A stretch of 64,000 bases of DNA, taken from positions 90,894 to 154,893 of the forward strand of contig JBAYHI010000001.1 of assembly GCA_041666205.1 (NCBI GenBank), read 5' to 3'. Numbering within the stretch: position 1 is the stretch's first letter; every line of letters begins with the position of its first letter. This document shows, piece after piece, positions 1-9,418 of this stretch. This DNA comes from Patescibacteria group bacterium (GTDB lineage Bacteria; Patescibacteriota; Patescibacteriia; UBA9934). Position numbers and translations under genes: made by a program. The notes beneath the pieces are model-generated. The model was not told the DNA's origin. It did not search any database and was given only the letters and a program-made list of their open reading frames with translations.

Positions 1-180
1 GTAAACCAAGAAATCCCAATCGATTATAAGAACACGGATTTACTTAAGCGCTACGTTTCCTCGTTTGGAAAAATCGTTCCACGAAAACGAAGCGGACTCT
101 GCTCGCTCCATCAGCGCAAAATGAGCTTGGCCATCAAGCGCGCGCGCATCATGGCGCTCCTCCCATTCGTCCAAAAATAA
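1..180 (+). CDS. rpsR: 30S ribosomal protein S18, C-terminal fragment (5' end outside window)
   Basis: Frame 1 translates as ...[50 protein letters not shown], a typical S18 C-terminus; stop at 178-180. Confidence 0.8.
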   Translation, partial: VNQEIPIDYKNTDLLKRYVSSFGKIVPRKRSGLCSLHQRKMSLAIKRARIMALLPFVQK

Positions 181-220
181 GAAAGACGAGCAGATCCCGC
201 AAGGATCTGCTCTTTGATTT

Positions 221-1057
221 ATGCTTTCCAAAGAAGATATTTTGCTTCGTAAATCCCGATGGGACGAATTGCTCGCATGTGTGCGAGAGTTTTTCGTGGC
301 GCGCGGATTTGTAGAGTTCCAAACGCCAATTCTTGTTAAAACGCCTGGCATGGAGCCAAACCTCGATCCATTCGAAGTCAATTTGAAGACCATGAATCCG
401 GTGAAAGAACAGAAAGCCGGTCTTATCACGTCGCCGGAGTATTCTTTGAAAAAACTCGTTGGCGCAGGATTTCCAAAAGTCTTCTCAATCACGCCAGTTT
501 TTCGCAATGGGGAAGCACTTGGGCCTCACAATACGCCAGAATTCATGATGGTTGAGTGGTATGCGCCCGGATCCTACGAAGACATGATGAAAGAAACCGA
601 AGAACTCTTCCATTCCTATCTCGGAGATGCACAATGGCCTCGCATTCGTCACGCTGACGCCAATTTTGATGAGTTCGGAGCGCCTCATATAAAGGAGGAA
701 CAATTTTTCATCACGCATTTCCCTGCAAAAGAAGCGTCTTTGGCAAAATTGTCCGAGGATGGCCAAACCGCACAGCGTTTTGAGGCATATTCGCATGGAC
801 TTGAGCTCTGCAATGGCTATGCAGAACTCACCGATCCGGTGGAACAACGTAAACGATTCGAAGCTGAACAAAAAGAGCGTACGCGCCTTGGAAAAACGGT
901 TTTCCCAATCAATGAAGAGTTTTTGGAGGCCCTCGGAAACATCAAATCCCCAATTTATGGGAACTCGGTAGGACTTGACCGACTCCTTATGCTCAAGTAT
1001 CGTACCGGCGACATTAACGACACCCAAATCTTCCCAGCAGACTCTCGCTGGCAATAA
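221..1057 (+). CDS. epmA: EF-P lysine lysyltransferase (class II LysRS catalytic-domain paralog, EpmA/GenX-like)
   Basis: 278 aa with class II aaRS motifs (FRNGE..., ELCNGYAEL, GLDRL); sits directly upstream of efp, as expected for the EF-P modification enzyme. Confidence 0.75.
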   Translation: MLSKEDILLRKSRWDELLACVREFFVARGFVEFQTPILVKTPGMEPNLDPFEVNLKTMNPVKEQKAGLITSPEYSLKKLVGAGFPKVFSITPVFRNGEALGPHNTPEFMMVEWYAPGSYEDMMKETEELFHSYLGDAQWPRIRHADANFDEFGAPHIKEEQFFITHFPAKEASLAKLSEDGQTAQRFEAYSHGLELCNGYAELTDPVEQRKRFEAEQKERTRLGKTVFPINEEFLEALGNIKSPIYGNSVGLDRLLMLKYRTGDINDTQIFPADSRWQ

Positions 1058-1060
1058 AAT

Positions 1061-1627
1061 ATGGCATCACCAAACGACGTAAAAAAAGGAACCGTCATTA
1101 ATTACGAGAACGATCTTTGGGTCGTTGTCTCGTTTCAGCGCGTTTCGCCTGGAAAGGGAAGCTCGTTTGTGCGTACGCGCATGAAATCTTTGACCTCGGG
1201 GAAAGTTTCGGAAAATAACTTCAAATCATCCGATAGCCTCACATTTGAAGACGTGATGTACAAAAAGATGCAATACATCTTTAGCGATGATATTTCTCTC
1301 ACGTTCATGGATGGCGGAACCTACGAGCAGGTGGCGCTTGACCGCGATGTGGTAGGGGACGACGCGAAATTCCTCAAGGAAGGCTTGGAAGTGATCGTCA
1401 TTATGCACGATGAGAAAGCAGTTTCCATGGAATTGCCACTAAAAATTGAATATACGGTCACGGTAACGGAGCCTGCATCAAAAGGCGATACAGTGTCTGG
1501 AAACGTTCAAAAAGACGCTACCATGGACAACGGTCTCGTGGTTCGCGTGCCGATTTTCATAAATCAAGGCGACGTTATCAAGGTTAATACCGAAAACGGC
1601 CAGTACGTCGAGCGCGTAAAACAATAA
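1061..1627 (+). CDS. efp: elongation factor P
   Basis: 188 aa; N-terminus MASPNDVKKGTVINYENDLWVVVSFQRVSPGKGSSFVRTRMKSL and overall length match EF-P (KOW-like plus OB domains). Confidence 0.9.
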   Translation: MASPNDVKKGTVINYENDLWVVVSFQRVSPGKGSSFVRTRMKSLTSGKVSENNFKSSDSLTFEDVMYKKMQYIFSDDISLTFMDGGTYEQVALDRDVVGDDAKFLKEGLEVIVIMHDEKAVSMELPLKIEYTVTVTEPASKGDTVSGNVQKDATMDNGLVVRVPIFINQGDVIKVNTENGQYVERVKQ

Positions 1628-1693
1628 AGAAGATAAAAAGTCCGGCCGGAAGGCTGGGCTTTTCTATTTGACAACATCAGATTGTGATACAAT

Positions 1694-3895
1694 GTGCTCA
1701 TTATGGCACGAAAGCGCAAGTATCGCCGACGTGGGGCAGAGAAACCCCGAGAAATAGAGGTCTCTGACGGAGTAAAACAAAGCATCATTGCCGTACTTTT
1801 GGCGTTACTCGGGATTCTTATTTTGCTTTCGTATTTCAAATTGGCTGGAACATTTGGAACTTCGGTTGACGATGCGCTTGCACTCGTTTTTGGTTGGGAT
1901 CGATGGATTTTTGGTTTCGCACTTTTCTTTTTGGGTCTCCGGCTTATTTTGCCACTCGAAAAACAGATTTCCGTTTGGACGGGGATTGGCGTAGCACTTT
2001 TCTTTTTATCATTCAATGGGATCATTAATCTTTTTAAAGCTGCGAGTATTACGGAACCGAGCTTGCTCGCGCCAAACGGTGGGTTAATGGGTATTTTAAT
2101 TTCATCGGTATTGGTTCAATATGTTGGTATTTGGGGAGCGGGCGCAATTGCGCTTGGGCTTTTGATCATTTCTGGCATTTTGATTTCCCATGTTTCTTTG
2201 CAAACTGTATTTAGCTTCCCAAAGCATCTCACCTCCATGAATTCTGCCATGAAGCGCACAAATGGCGATGATGAAGATGAGGAAGAGGAGATTCCGCGGG
2301 TTTTTGTTGGAGATGTTGATGCGGATGCAGATTCGAAAGAAGATAAAAAGTCGTCTTATATCGAAAGCACGGAAGAAGAAATTGAAGAGGAGTCGGTCAT
2401 GACCTCGAAAAATCGTCGCAAAATGGAAATTCCATTTGATCTCCTGGACGATAAGAGCTCGGAAGGGAAGTCTGGCGATGTAGAGCGTGGGCAAGAGGTC
2501 ATTAAGAAGACGTTTTTGAATTTTGGCATTGATGTTGAGATGGTTGATGTCCGAACAGGTCCAGCGGTTACGCAATATTCGCTTCGCCCGGCACAGGGGA
2601 TTAAACTTTCCCGCATCTTGGGATTGCAAAATGATTTAGCACTCGCTCTTGCTGCGCATCCGATTCGTATTGAGGCGCCAATTCCTGGGAAATCACTCGT
2701 GGGAATTGAAGTGCCAAACCAATCGGTTGGAATGGTTTGTTTGCGCGAAATGCTTGAATCAAAAGAATTCAAACATCGCAAAAATGAATTTACGTCGCCT
2801 CTTGGCAAAGATGTTTCAGGCGTGGTTACCTCACTTGTTGTCGACAAGGCTCCTCATACGCTCGTTGCCGGTGCAACTGGATCTGGAAAATCAGTATGTC
2901 TCAATGTCATCATCCTTTCGCTTTTGTATCAAAACGGGCCTGATGATTTGAAACTCATCATGATTGACCCAAAGCGTGTGGAGCTCGGCGTCTACGCGGG
3001 AATCCCACATTTGCTCGTCCCACCAATTACGAAAGTTGACGAAGCCATCAATGCGCTCAAATGGGCGGTGCGCGAAATGGAACGACGTCTTGATCACCTC
3101 GCGAAGTTCGGTGCCCGCGATATCGACGCCTACAATAAGAAGAGCGAGGAGCGCATGCCAAAGATTTTCATTATTATCGACGAACTTGCGGATCTCATGA
3201 GTCAAAATAAGCGCGATGTCGAAGCAGTGATTGTGCGCATCGCTCAAATGGCACGCGCGGCAGGCATTCACTTAGTGCTTGCCACCCAGCGACCGTCGGT
3301 GGACGTTATCACCGGTCTTATCAAAGCAAATATTCCTACGCGTCTCGCATTTGCCGTTGCCTCACAAGTCGATTCTAAAACGATTTTGGATATTTCTGGT
3401 GCTGAAAAATTGCTCGGGCGGGGCGACATGCTTCTTTCAACGCCGGAACTTTCAAAACCAAAGCGTTTGCAGGGCGCATATGTTTCGGATGAAGAGATCG
3501 AGCGTGTGATTAAATTCTTGAAAGCCGAAGGCGAGCCAGATTATAATTATCAAGTCACGGAAGATGTGCGAACCGGGGGAAGTGTGTTTTCGTCGGAAGA
3601 TTCTGACCCGTTGCTCGACGAAGCAATTCAAATTGTTTTGGAGTCTGGCAAGGCCTCTACGTCATTTTTGCAACGTCGCATGCGAATTGGATATTCGCGC
3701 GCTGCTCGCATCATTGATCTGATGGAGCAAGCGGGTGTGGTAGGGGAAGGGCAGGGCGCAAAACCACGTGAACTCTTGGTTGATCATTGGCCACCAGAAG
3801 GAAACCACCACGAAGCAGATGTGGATTTGCCATCTGACGTCATCGAAGAGGACGAAAACTGGGAAGAAAATGAAGAGGATGAGCAAAACGCCTAA
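1694..3895 (+). CDS. ftsK: DNA translocase FtsK/SpoIIIE
   Basis: 733 aa: N-terminal TM helices, acidic linker, Walker A GATGSGKS, the TQRPSVDVITGLIKANIPTRLAF motif, and a C-terminal gamma winged helix. Confidence 0.9.
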   Translation: MLIMARKRKYRRRGAEKPREIEVSDGVKQSIIAVLLALLGILILLSYFKLAGTFGTSVDDALALVFGWDRWIFGFALFFLGLRLILPLEKQISVWTGIGVALFFLSFNGIINLFKAASITEPSLLAPNGGLMGILISSVLVQYVGIWGAGAIALGLLIISGILISHVSLQTVFSFPKHLTSMNSAMKRTNGDDEDEEEEIPRVFVGDVDADADSKEDKKSSYIESTEEEIEEESVMTSKNRRKMEIPFDLLDDKSSEGKSGDVERGQEVIKKTFLNFGIDVEMVDVRTGPAVTQYSLRPAQGIKLSRILGLQNDLALALAAHPIRIEAPIPGKSLVGIEVPNQSVGMVCLREMLESKEFKHRKNEFTSPLGKDVSGVVTSLVVDKAPHTLVAGATGSGKSVCLNVIILSLLYQNGPDDLKLIMIDPKRVELGVYAGIPHLLVPPITKVDEAINALKWAVREMERRLDHLAKFGARDIDAYNKKSEERMPKIFIIIDELADLMSQNKRDVEAVIVRIAQMARAAGIHLVLATQRPSVDVITGLIKANIPTRLAFAVASQVDSKTILDISGAEKLLGRGDMLLSTPELSKPKRLQGAYVSDEEIERVIKFLKAEGEPDYNYQVTEDVRTGGSVFSSEDSDPLLDEAIQIVLESGKASTSFLQRRMRIGYSRAARIIDLMEQAGVVGEGQGAKPRELLVDHWPPEGNHHEADVDLPSDVIEEDENWEENEEDEQNA

Positions 3896-3900
3896 ACGGT

Positions 3901-4602
3901 ATGGGATTTGTCATGCGAAAACTGCAATGCCGTGAAGAACGCCTGGGCGATAAGCTCCGGGCGCTTCGTCGTGGCAAGGCAGTGACGCTTGAAATGCTCG
4001 AAACCATGACGCATGTGCAAAAGCGCTATTTGTATGCGCTCGAGCATGGCGCCTACGAAGCGCTTCCAGAGCCACTCTATACGCGCAACTTCATTCGATC
4101 CTATGCCCAAGCACTCCACGCCGACGAAGCGTATTTTCTAGAATTATTTGATGAAGAGAATGGCGTTTGCGATTGCGTTTCGCATTTACGCACGCCACTC
4201 CAGCGATTACACCTTATTAAACTCTACGTTTGGAATCGATTTGTAAAATTTGGCATGCTCGCCTTCGTTGCATTGGGGCTTGTAAGCTATTTGGGCTGGC
4301 AGGTGCAATCCATTATTGCGCCACCCGACATCATTCTCCTCTCGCCACTCAATGATTCCATGACGTCTTCTGCGGTTGTGACGGTTGAAGGATATGTTGA
4401 AAAAGAAACCACGGTTTACGTAAACGGCGCTCAGGTGCCGGTCGCAAGCGATCAAACATTTCAAACCGACATTGATTTATCAAAAGGGTTAAACGTCATT
4501 TCGATCGAAGCAGAACGTCGATATTCAAAGAAAGCGAGTATTTCGCGCAATGTTGTTTTTTATCCGGAAAACATTCCACAAGTATCCTTTATTTCTAACT
4601 AA
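3901..4602 (+). CDS. RodZ-like HTH (XRE-type) membrane protein
   Basis: N-terminal HTH (LRALRRGKAVTLEMLETMTHVQKRYLYALE), a central TM segment and a C-terminal domain, the architecture of RodZ/DUF4115 proteins. The start may be 3913. Confidence 0.5.
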   Translation: MGFVMRKLQCREERLGDKLRALRRGKAVTLEMLETMTHVQKRYLYALEHGAYEALPEPLYTRNFIRSYAQALHADEAYFLELFDEENGVCDCVSHLRTPLQRLHLIKLYVWNRFVKFGMLAFVALGLVSYLGWQVQSIIAPPDIILLSPLNDSMTSSAVVTVEGYVEKETTVYVNGAQVPVASDQTFQTDIDLSKGLNVISIEAERRYSKKASISRNVVFYPENIPQVSFISN

Positions 4603-4614
4603 GAGTGGGGTAGC

Positions 4615-5679
4615 GTGAATGATAGGGAGGACGATAGACGTCCTCTTTTAAAAATCACTATGACAGAAAAAAATGTTCGCGATGCACGACTCACTGCTGC
4701 TAATGCCGCAATCGAGCAAATCAAACAACGATTTGGTGAAGGCTCTATTATGCGCCTTGGGGAAGCGAAGGCGTTGAAAATTGATGTGATCCCAACCGGA
4801 TGTCTCTCGCTCGATTTAGCGCTTGGTGTTGGCGGTGTGCCGCGAGGGCGTATTATTGAAATTTATGGGCCGGAATCATCAGGAAAAACCACACTTGCTC
4901 AACATGTGGTTGCGGAATTGCAAAAAATCGGTGGCGTTGCCGCGTTTGTGGACGCGGAACATGCACTCGATCCGGAATATGCCAAAAAAATTGGTGTGAA
5001 TATCGATGAGCTCTATATTTCCCAGCCAGATACCGGTGAGCAAGCACTAGAAATTGTGGAAACGCTTGTAAGATCAAACGCCGTGGATGTGATTGTGATC
5101 GATTCCGTGGCAGCGCTCACGCCAAAAGCCGAAATCGAAGGCGAAATGGGGGATTCGCATATGGGTCTTCAGGCTCGACTTATGAGCCAGGCCCTTCGAA
5201 AGCTTGCAGGCATCATTTCCAAGAGCAATACAACGGTTATTTTTATCAATCAGATCCGCATGAAAATTGGCGTGATGTTTGGAAACCCGGAAACAACGCC
5301 TGGCGGAAATGCTCTGAAATTCTACGCGTCCGTTCGCATTGAAGTCCGTCGCGCTGCGCAAATCAAACAAGGCGAGCGCATTATTGGAAACCGAGTCAAG
5401 GCAAAAATCGTAAAAAATAAGGTAGCGCCTCCATTTCAGGCCTGTGAATTCGATATTATGTACAATGAGGGTATTTCCGTAACAGGCGATCTCATTGATT
5501 TGGGTACGCAATTTGGCAGCATTGAGAAGAAAGGGAATAGTTATGCGTTCGAAGGCGAGCGATTCGGCGTGGGGCGAGAAGCGGCGCGCAAGTATATGAC
5601 CGATAATCCCGAGTTTTTGGAGCGAGTGCGAACGGCGACCAAACTCGCCATTGATGCTTCAGCTGAAACACGAAAATAG
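4615..5679 (+). CDS. recA: recombinase RecA
   Basis: Walker [10 protein letters not shown], the VIDSVAAL and [32 protein letters not shown] blocks. The start may be the internal Met near 4660. Confidence 0.95.
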   Translation: MNDREDDRRPLLKITMTEKNVRDARLTAANAAIEQIKQRFGEGSIMRLGEAKALKIDVIPTGCLSLDLALGVGGVPRGRIIEIYGPESSGKTTLAQHVVAELQKIGGVAAFVDAEHALDPEYAKKIGVNIDELYISQPDTGEQALEIVETLVRSNAVDVIVIDSVAALTPKAEIEGEMGDSHMGLQARLMSQALRKLAGIISKSNTTVIFINQIRMKIGVMFGNPETTPGGNALKFYASVRIEVRRAAQIKQGERIIGNRVKAKIVKNKVAPPFQACEFDIMYNEGISVTGDLIDLGTQFGSIEKKGNSYAFEGERFGVGREAARKYMTDNPEFLERVRTATKLAIDASAETRK

Positions 5680-5693
5680 TGCACAAATCTGTA

Positions 5694-5722
5694 TTGACAG
5701 CAGACCTCACACGTTTTATTCT
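5694..5722 (+). promoter_or_regulatory. sigma70-like promoter (TTGACA-17-TATTCT) downstream of recA
   Basis: TTGACA at 5694-5699, a 17-nt spacer, TATTCT at 5717-5722. Confidence 0.4.
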
Positions 5723-5903
5723 AAAGACCTGCTTCCGAGTGATTCTTCTCAGGAACTGCGGGATGCGGGTCGATCGTTTTTAGACCATTGCCCGGACTCC
5801 CTGCCACGTGGTAGGGCCCCTCTCTCAAATTGTCCGAAGTATTGGTCTCAACCGTTAGGATCGCCTCCTCGTCCTGCAGTTTCTGAGAGAAATAATGGGA
5901 AGC

Positions 5904-5933
5904 TTGACGATTTTTGGTTTTGTCTGCTATACT
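5904..5933 (+). promoter_or_regulatory. sigma70-like promoter (TTGACG-18-TATACT) in the rpoB leader
   Basis: TTGACG at 5904-5909 and TATACT at 5928-5933, with an upstream TG giving an extended -10. Confidence 0.4.
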
Positions 5934-5995
5934 CGGGTCGCTTAGGTGACAGAACCAAACTTCGGACGAGAACAAGGGGAAGGGGAACTGTCAAC

Positions 5996-6121
5996 ATGCA
6001 AAAATTTTTTACAAATATTAGCCTCGTTTTCGGTGTGATTCCCCAACACCTCGTCGAGCGCGCATGTTTTGGAGGTAAGGCCATGCGACGTTCGGTACGA
6101 AAGAATACAGGAAAATTTTGA
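5996..6121 (+). CDS. candidate leader peptide (41 aa) upstream of rpoB
   Basis: ATG at 5996 after a G-rich SD-like AAGGGGAAGGGGAA. The ORF, MQKFFTNISLVFGVIPQHLVERACFGGKAMRRSVRKNTGKF, ends exactly where the attenuator-like hairpin begins. Confidence 0.25.
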   Translation: MQKFFTNISLVFGVIPQHLVERACFGGKAMRRSVRKNTGKF

Positions 6122-6122
6122 A

Positions 6123-6149
6123 GCTCGAATAACCTTCGAGTAGTTTTTT
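6123..6149 (+). terminator. attenuator-like intrinsic terminator about 20 nt upstream of rpoB
   Basis: Hairpin CTCGAA-TAACC-TTCGAG followed by TAGTTTTTT. Confidence 0.4.
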
Positions 6150-6167
6150 GTATATAAAAAAGTCTCT

Positions 6168-9100
6168 ATGATGAAAACCGCAGTGCAACAAGAGCGAAAG
6201 TACTTCACCCCGATCCGAGACGCCATGGATTTGCCAGATCTCATTGAAGTGCAGAAGGCATCATACGATTGGTTCCTCAAGGAAGGAATCCGAGATCTTT
6301 TTGACGAAGTATCTCCAATCAAAGATTTTATTGGTCGTGATTTGGAACTCTCATTTGAAGAGTTTTACGTCGATGAGCCAAAATTTGATGAAACAACCTC
6401 GAAGGCAAAAAATATTACCTTTGAAGCGCCACTTCGCGTAAAGGCAAGCCTCAAGAATGCACGCACAGGGGAAAAGAAGGAACAAGAAATTTTCTTGGGC
6501 GATATCCCGATCATGACGCCACGCGGCACATTCATTATTAACGGAATTGAGCGCGTGATTGTTTCACAGCTCGTGCGTTCGGCTGGAGCGTTTTTTACGG
6601 CAGAAGTCGTCCGCGGTCGCCGATATTATGGCGCAAAAATCATTCCAAACCGCGGAGCATGGCTTGAATTTGAAACCGATGTAAAAAATGTCATTTGGGT
6701 AAAAATTGATCGCAAACGCAAAGTGGCAATCACTGCGCTCATGCGTGCATTTGGGTATGGTACGGATGAAGAAATCCTTTCCTTCTTCAAAGATATTGAT
6801 ACCCATCCACTCAATAAATACATTGAAAGCACACTTGCAAAAGATGCTTCCAAAAATGAAGAGGAAGGCTTGAAAGAAGTTTATAAGCGTATTCGCCCAG
6901 GAGATTTGGCAACAGCCGATAATGCGCGCCAACTCATTCACTCCATGTTCTTCAACTTCGATCGCTACGATTTAGGGCCTGTTGGTCGCTATAAATTCAA
7001 TTTGCGTTTTGGCGTTGATAACCCCGAGGTTGGCGTTCGCGACGAAGCAAACCGTATTTTAGGAAAAGAAGATTTGGTAAAAATTGTCCGCGAAATCATT
7101 GAGCTCAATAATCGCCAAGGAGAACCAGACGATGTTGACCACCTTGGAAACCGACGTATTCGTGCGGTGGGTGAGCTCATTCAATCACGTTTCCGCATTG
7201 GGCTTGCTCGTATGGAGCGCATTGTGCGCGATCGTATGTCCACCCACGATGTGGAGAGCCTCACCCCAGGCAAACTCATCAATGCACGCCCGGTGATTGG
7301 TTCTTGCCGAGAGTTTTTCATGTCCTCACAGCTCTCACAGTTCATGGATCAAACCAATCCACTCTCAGAACTTGAGCACAAACGTCGTTTGTCCGCGATG
7401 GGTCAAGGGGGACTTTCTCGTGAACGCGCTGGATTTGAAGTCCGCGACGTACACACCACCCACTACGGCCGCATCTGCCCAGTCCAAACCCCAGAAGGAC
7501 CAAACATCGGTCTTGTGGGGCACTTGGCAAGCTATGCACGCATCAATAAATACGGTTTTATTGAAACGCCATATCGAAAAGTGATTGTTGAAAATGGTCG
7601 TGCAAAGGTCACAAATGACATTGAATACGTAAACGCTTTTAAAGAAGAGAAATCCGTTACTGCTCCAGCCTCTATTCCACTCGATAAAGACGGGTTTATT
7701 ATCGCGCCCATGGTTGAGGCACGTAAATTCGGGGAAGCAAAAACCGTTCCAGCAACCGAAGTCACGCTCATGGACGTATCAACCACGCAAATCGTATCCA
7801 TTGCCACGGCTTGTATTCCATTCTTGGAACACGACGACGCTACGCGTGCACTCATGGGTTCAAACATGCAACGTCAGGCCGTTCCTACCATTCGTCCACG
7901 CGCACCAATTATTGGAACAGGCATGGAGCGACGCGCAGCGCTTGATTCTGGCCACGTGCTTTTAGCAGAAGACGAAGGGGAAATCACCGTGGTAAATGGC
8001 GGCATGATTAAGGTCTTGTATAAAAAACTCGGGGAAGTCACGTATCGCCTCAATAAATTCGCTCGCTCAAACGCAAGTTCCTGCTTGAACCAGCGACCGG
8101 TTATTGTACCTGGCATCAAAGTGAAAAAAGGAGATGTGCTCGCAGATGGTCCATCGGTTGACCATGGTGAACTCGCTCTTGGGCAAAATATGCTCGTCGC
8201 CTTCATGAGCTGGGACGGCTATAACTACGACGACGCGGTTATCGTAAACGAGCGCGTGGTCGAAGACGATCGTTTTACAACCATCCACCTTGAAAATCAC
8301 ACCATTGACGTTCGCGACACAAAACTTGGGCCAGAAGTTGTAACGTCAGATATTCCAAACGTTTCTGAAGAAAAACTCAAAAATCTCGACACAGAAGGCA
8401 TTATCCGAATCGGGGCAGAAGTAAAATCTGGTGACATTTTGGTTGGAAAAATCACTCCAAAGGGTGAAACCGAACTTTCCGCTGAAGAAAAGCTTCTTCG
8501 CGCAATCTTCGGAGAAAAATCACGCGATGTGCGCGACTCTTCCATGTACATGCAACATGGCAATAAAGGTAAAGTCGTCGATATCAAGATTTTTTCTCGA
8601 GAGGATGGTGATAATTTGCCACCAGGCGTTATTAAGTCGATTCAAATTACAATCGCGGACCTTCGAAAACTCCAGGTTGGCGATAAGGTTGCGGGACGTC
8701 ACGGAAACAAGGGTGTTGTTTCAAAAGTTGTTCCAATCGAAGACATGCCTTATATGGAAGACGGGCGCGCCGTGGATGTCATTTTGACTCCACTTGGCGT
8801 TGTTTCTCGTATGAACATCGGTCAGATTTTGGAAGTTCACTTGGGTCTTGCTGCATATAAGCTGGGTTACAAAGTTGCAACACCGGTATTTGCGGGTGTG
8901 CAGGAGCCGGATATTCACAAAGAACTTGAAAAAGCTGGGTACCCAACAGGCGGTCAGATTACTTTGCACGACGGTCGTACAGGGGAAGCGTTCATGCACA
9001 AGATTACGGTTGGGATCATGTATATGCTGAAACTCAACCACATGGTTGAAGACAAGATGCACCAGCGCTCCATTGGTCCATATTCCTTGATTACGCAGCA

Positions 9101-9407
9101 ACCTCTTGGCGGAAAAGCGCAATTTGGTGGTCAGCGATTCGGTGAAATGGAAGTCTGGGCACTTGAAGCCTATGGCGCTGCGCACATGCTCCAAGAAATT
9201 CTCACGATTAAGTCCGACGACGTTCCTGGGCGTTCAAAAGCATACGAAGCCATTATTAAAGGAGAAACAATTCGTAAGGTGAACATCCCAGAATCCTTTA
9301 ACGTGCTTATTCGTGAGCTCAAAGGTCTTTGTATGGATGTGGAACTCTTGAAGGACAGCCACAAAGTTGAAATTGATTCAAGCAAAATCACGGCCTCAAA
9401 TCGCTAA
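6168..9407 (+). CDS. rpoB: DNA-directed RNA polymerase subunit beta
   Basis: 1079 aa with conserved rpoB blocks (the [17 protein letters not shown] motif and others). Confidence 0.97.
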   Translation: MMKTAVQQERKYFTPIRDAMDLPDLIEVQKASYDWFLKEGIRDLFDEVSPIKDFIGRDLELSFEEFYVDEPKFDETTSKAKNITFEAPLRVKASLKNARTGEKKEQEIFLGDIPIMTPRGTFIINGIERVIVSQLVRSAGAFFTAEVVRGRRYYGAKIIPNRGAWLEFETDVKNVIWVKIDRKRKVAITALMRAFGYGTDEEILSFFKDIDTHPLNKYIESTLAKDASKNEEEGLKEVYKRIRPGDLATADNARQLIHSMFFNFDRYDLGPVGRYKFNLRFGVDNPEVGVRDEANRILGKEDLVKIVREIIELNNRQGEPDDVDHLGNRRIRAVGELIQSRFRIGLARMERIVRDRMSTHDVESLTPGKLINARPVIGSCREFFMSSQLSQFMDQTNPLSELEHKRRLSAMGQGGLSRERAGFEVRDVHTTHYGRICPVQTPEGPNIGLVGHLASYARINKYGFIETPYRKVIVENGRAKVTNDIEYVNAFKEEKSVTAPASIPLDKDGFIIAPMVEARKFGEAKTVPATEVTLMDVSTTQIVSIATACIPFLEHDDATRALMGSNMQRQAVPTIRPRAPIIGTGMERRAALDSGHVLLAEDEGEITVVNGGMIKVLYKKLGEVTYRLNKFARSNASSCLNQRPVIVPGIKVKKGDVLADGPSVDHGELALGQNMLVAFMSWDGYNYDDAVIVNERVVEDDRFTTIHLENHTIDVRDTKLGPEVVTSDIPNVSEEKLKNLDTEGIIRIGAEVKSGDILVGKITPKGETELSAEEKLLRAIFGEKSRDVRDSSMYMQHGNKGKVVDIKIFSREDGDNLPPGVIKSIQITIADLRKLQVGDKVAGRHGNKGVVSKVVPIEDMPYMEDGRAVDVILTPLGVVSRMNIGQILEVHLGLAAYKLGYKVATPVFAGVQEPDIHKELEKAGYPTGGQITLHDGRTGEAFMHKITVGIMYMLKLNHMVEDKMHQRSIGPYSLITQQPLGGKAQFGGQRFGEMEVWALEAYGAAHMLQEILTIKSDDVPGRSKAYEAIIKGETIRKVNIPESFNVLIRELKGLCMDVELLKDSHKVEIDSSKITASNR

Positions 9408-9418
9408 ACGAAATACGT

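Noticed and set aside
5651-6121. 156-aa ORF spanning the recA stop into the rpoB leader
   Set aside because: It begins inside recA in another frame and crosses two promoter-like elements. Only its last 41 codons, which carry their own ATG and SD, were kept as a candidate leader peptide.
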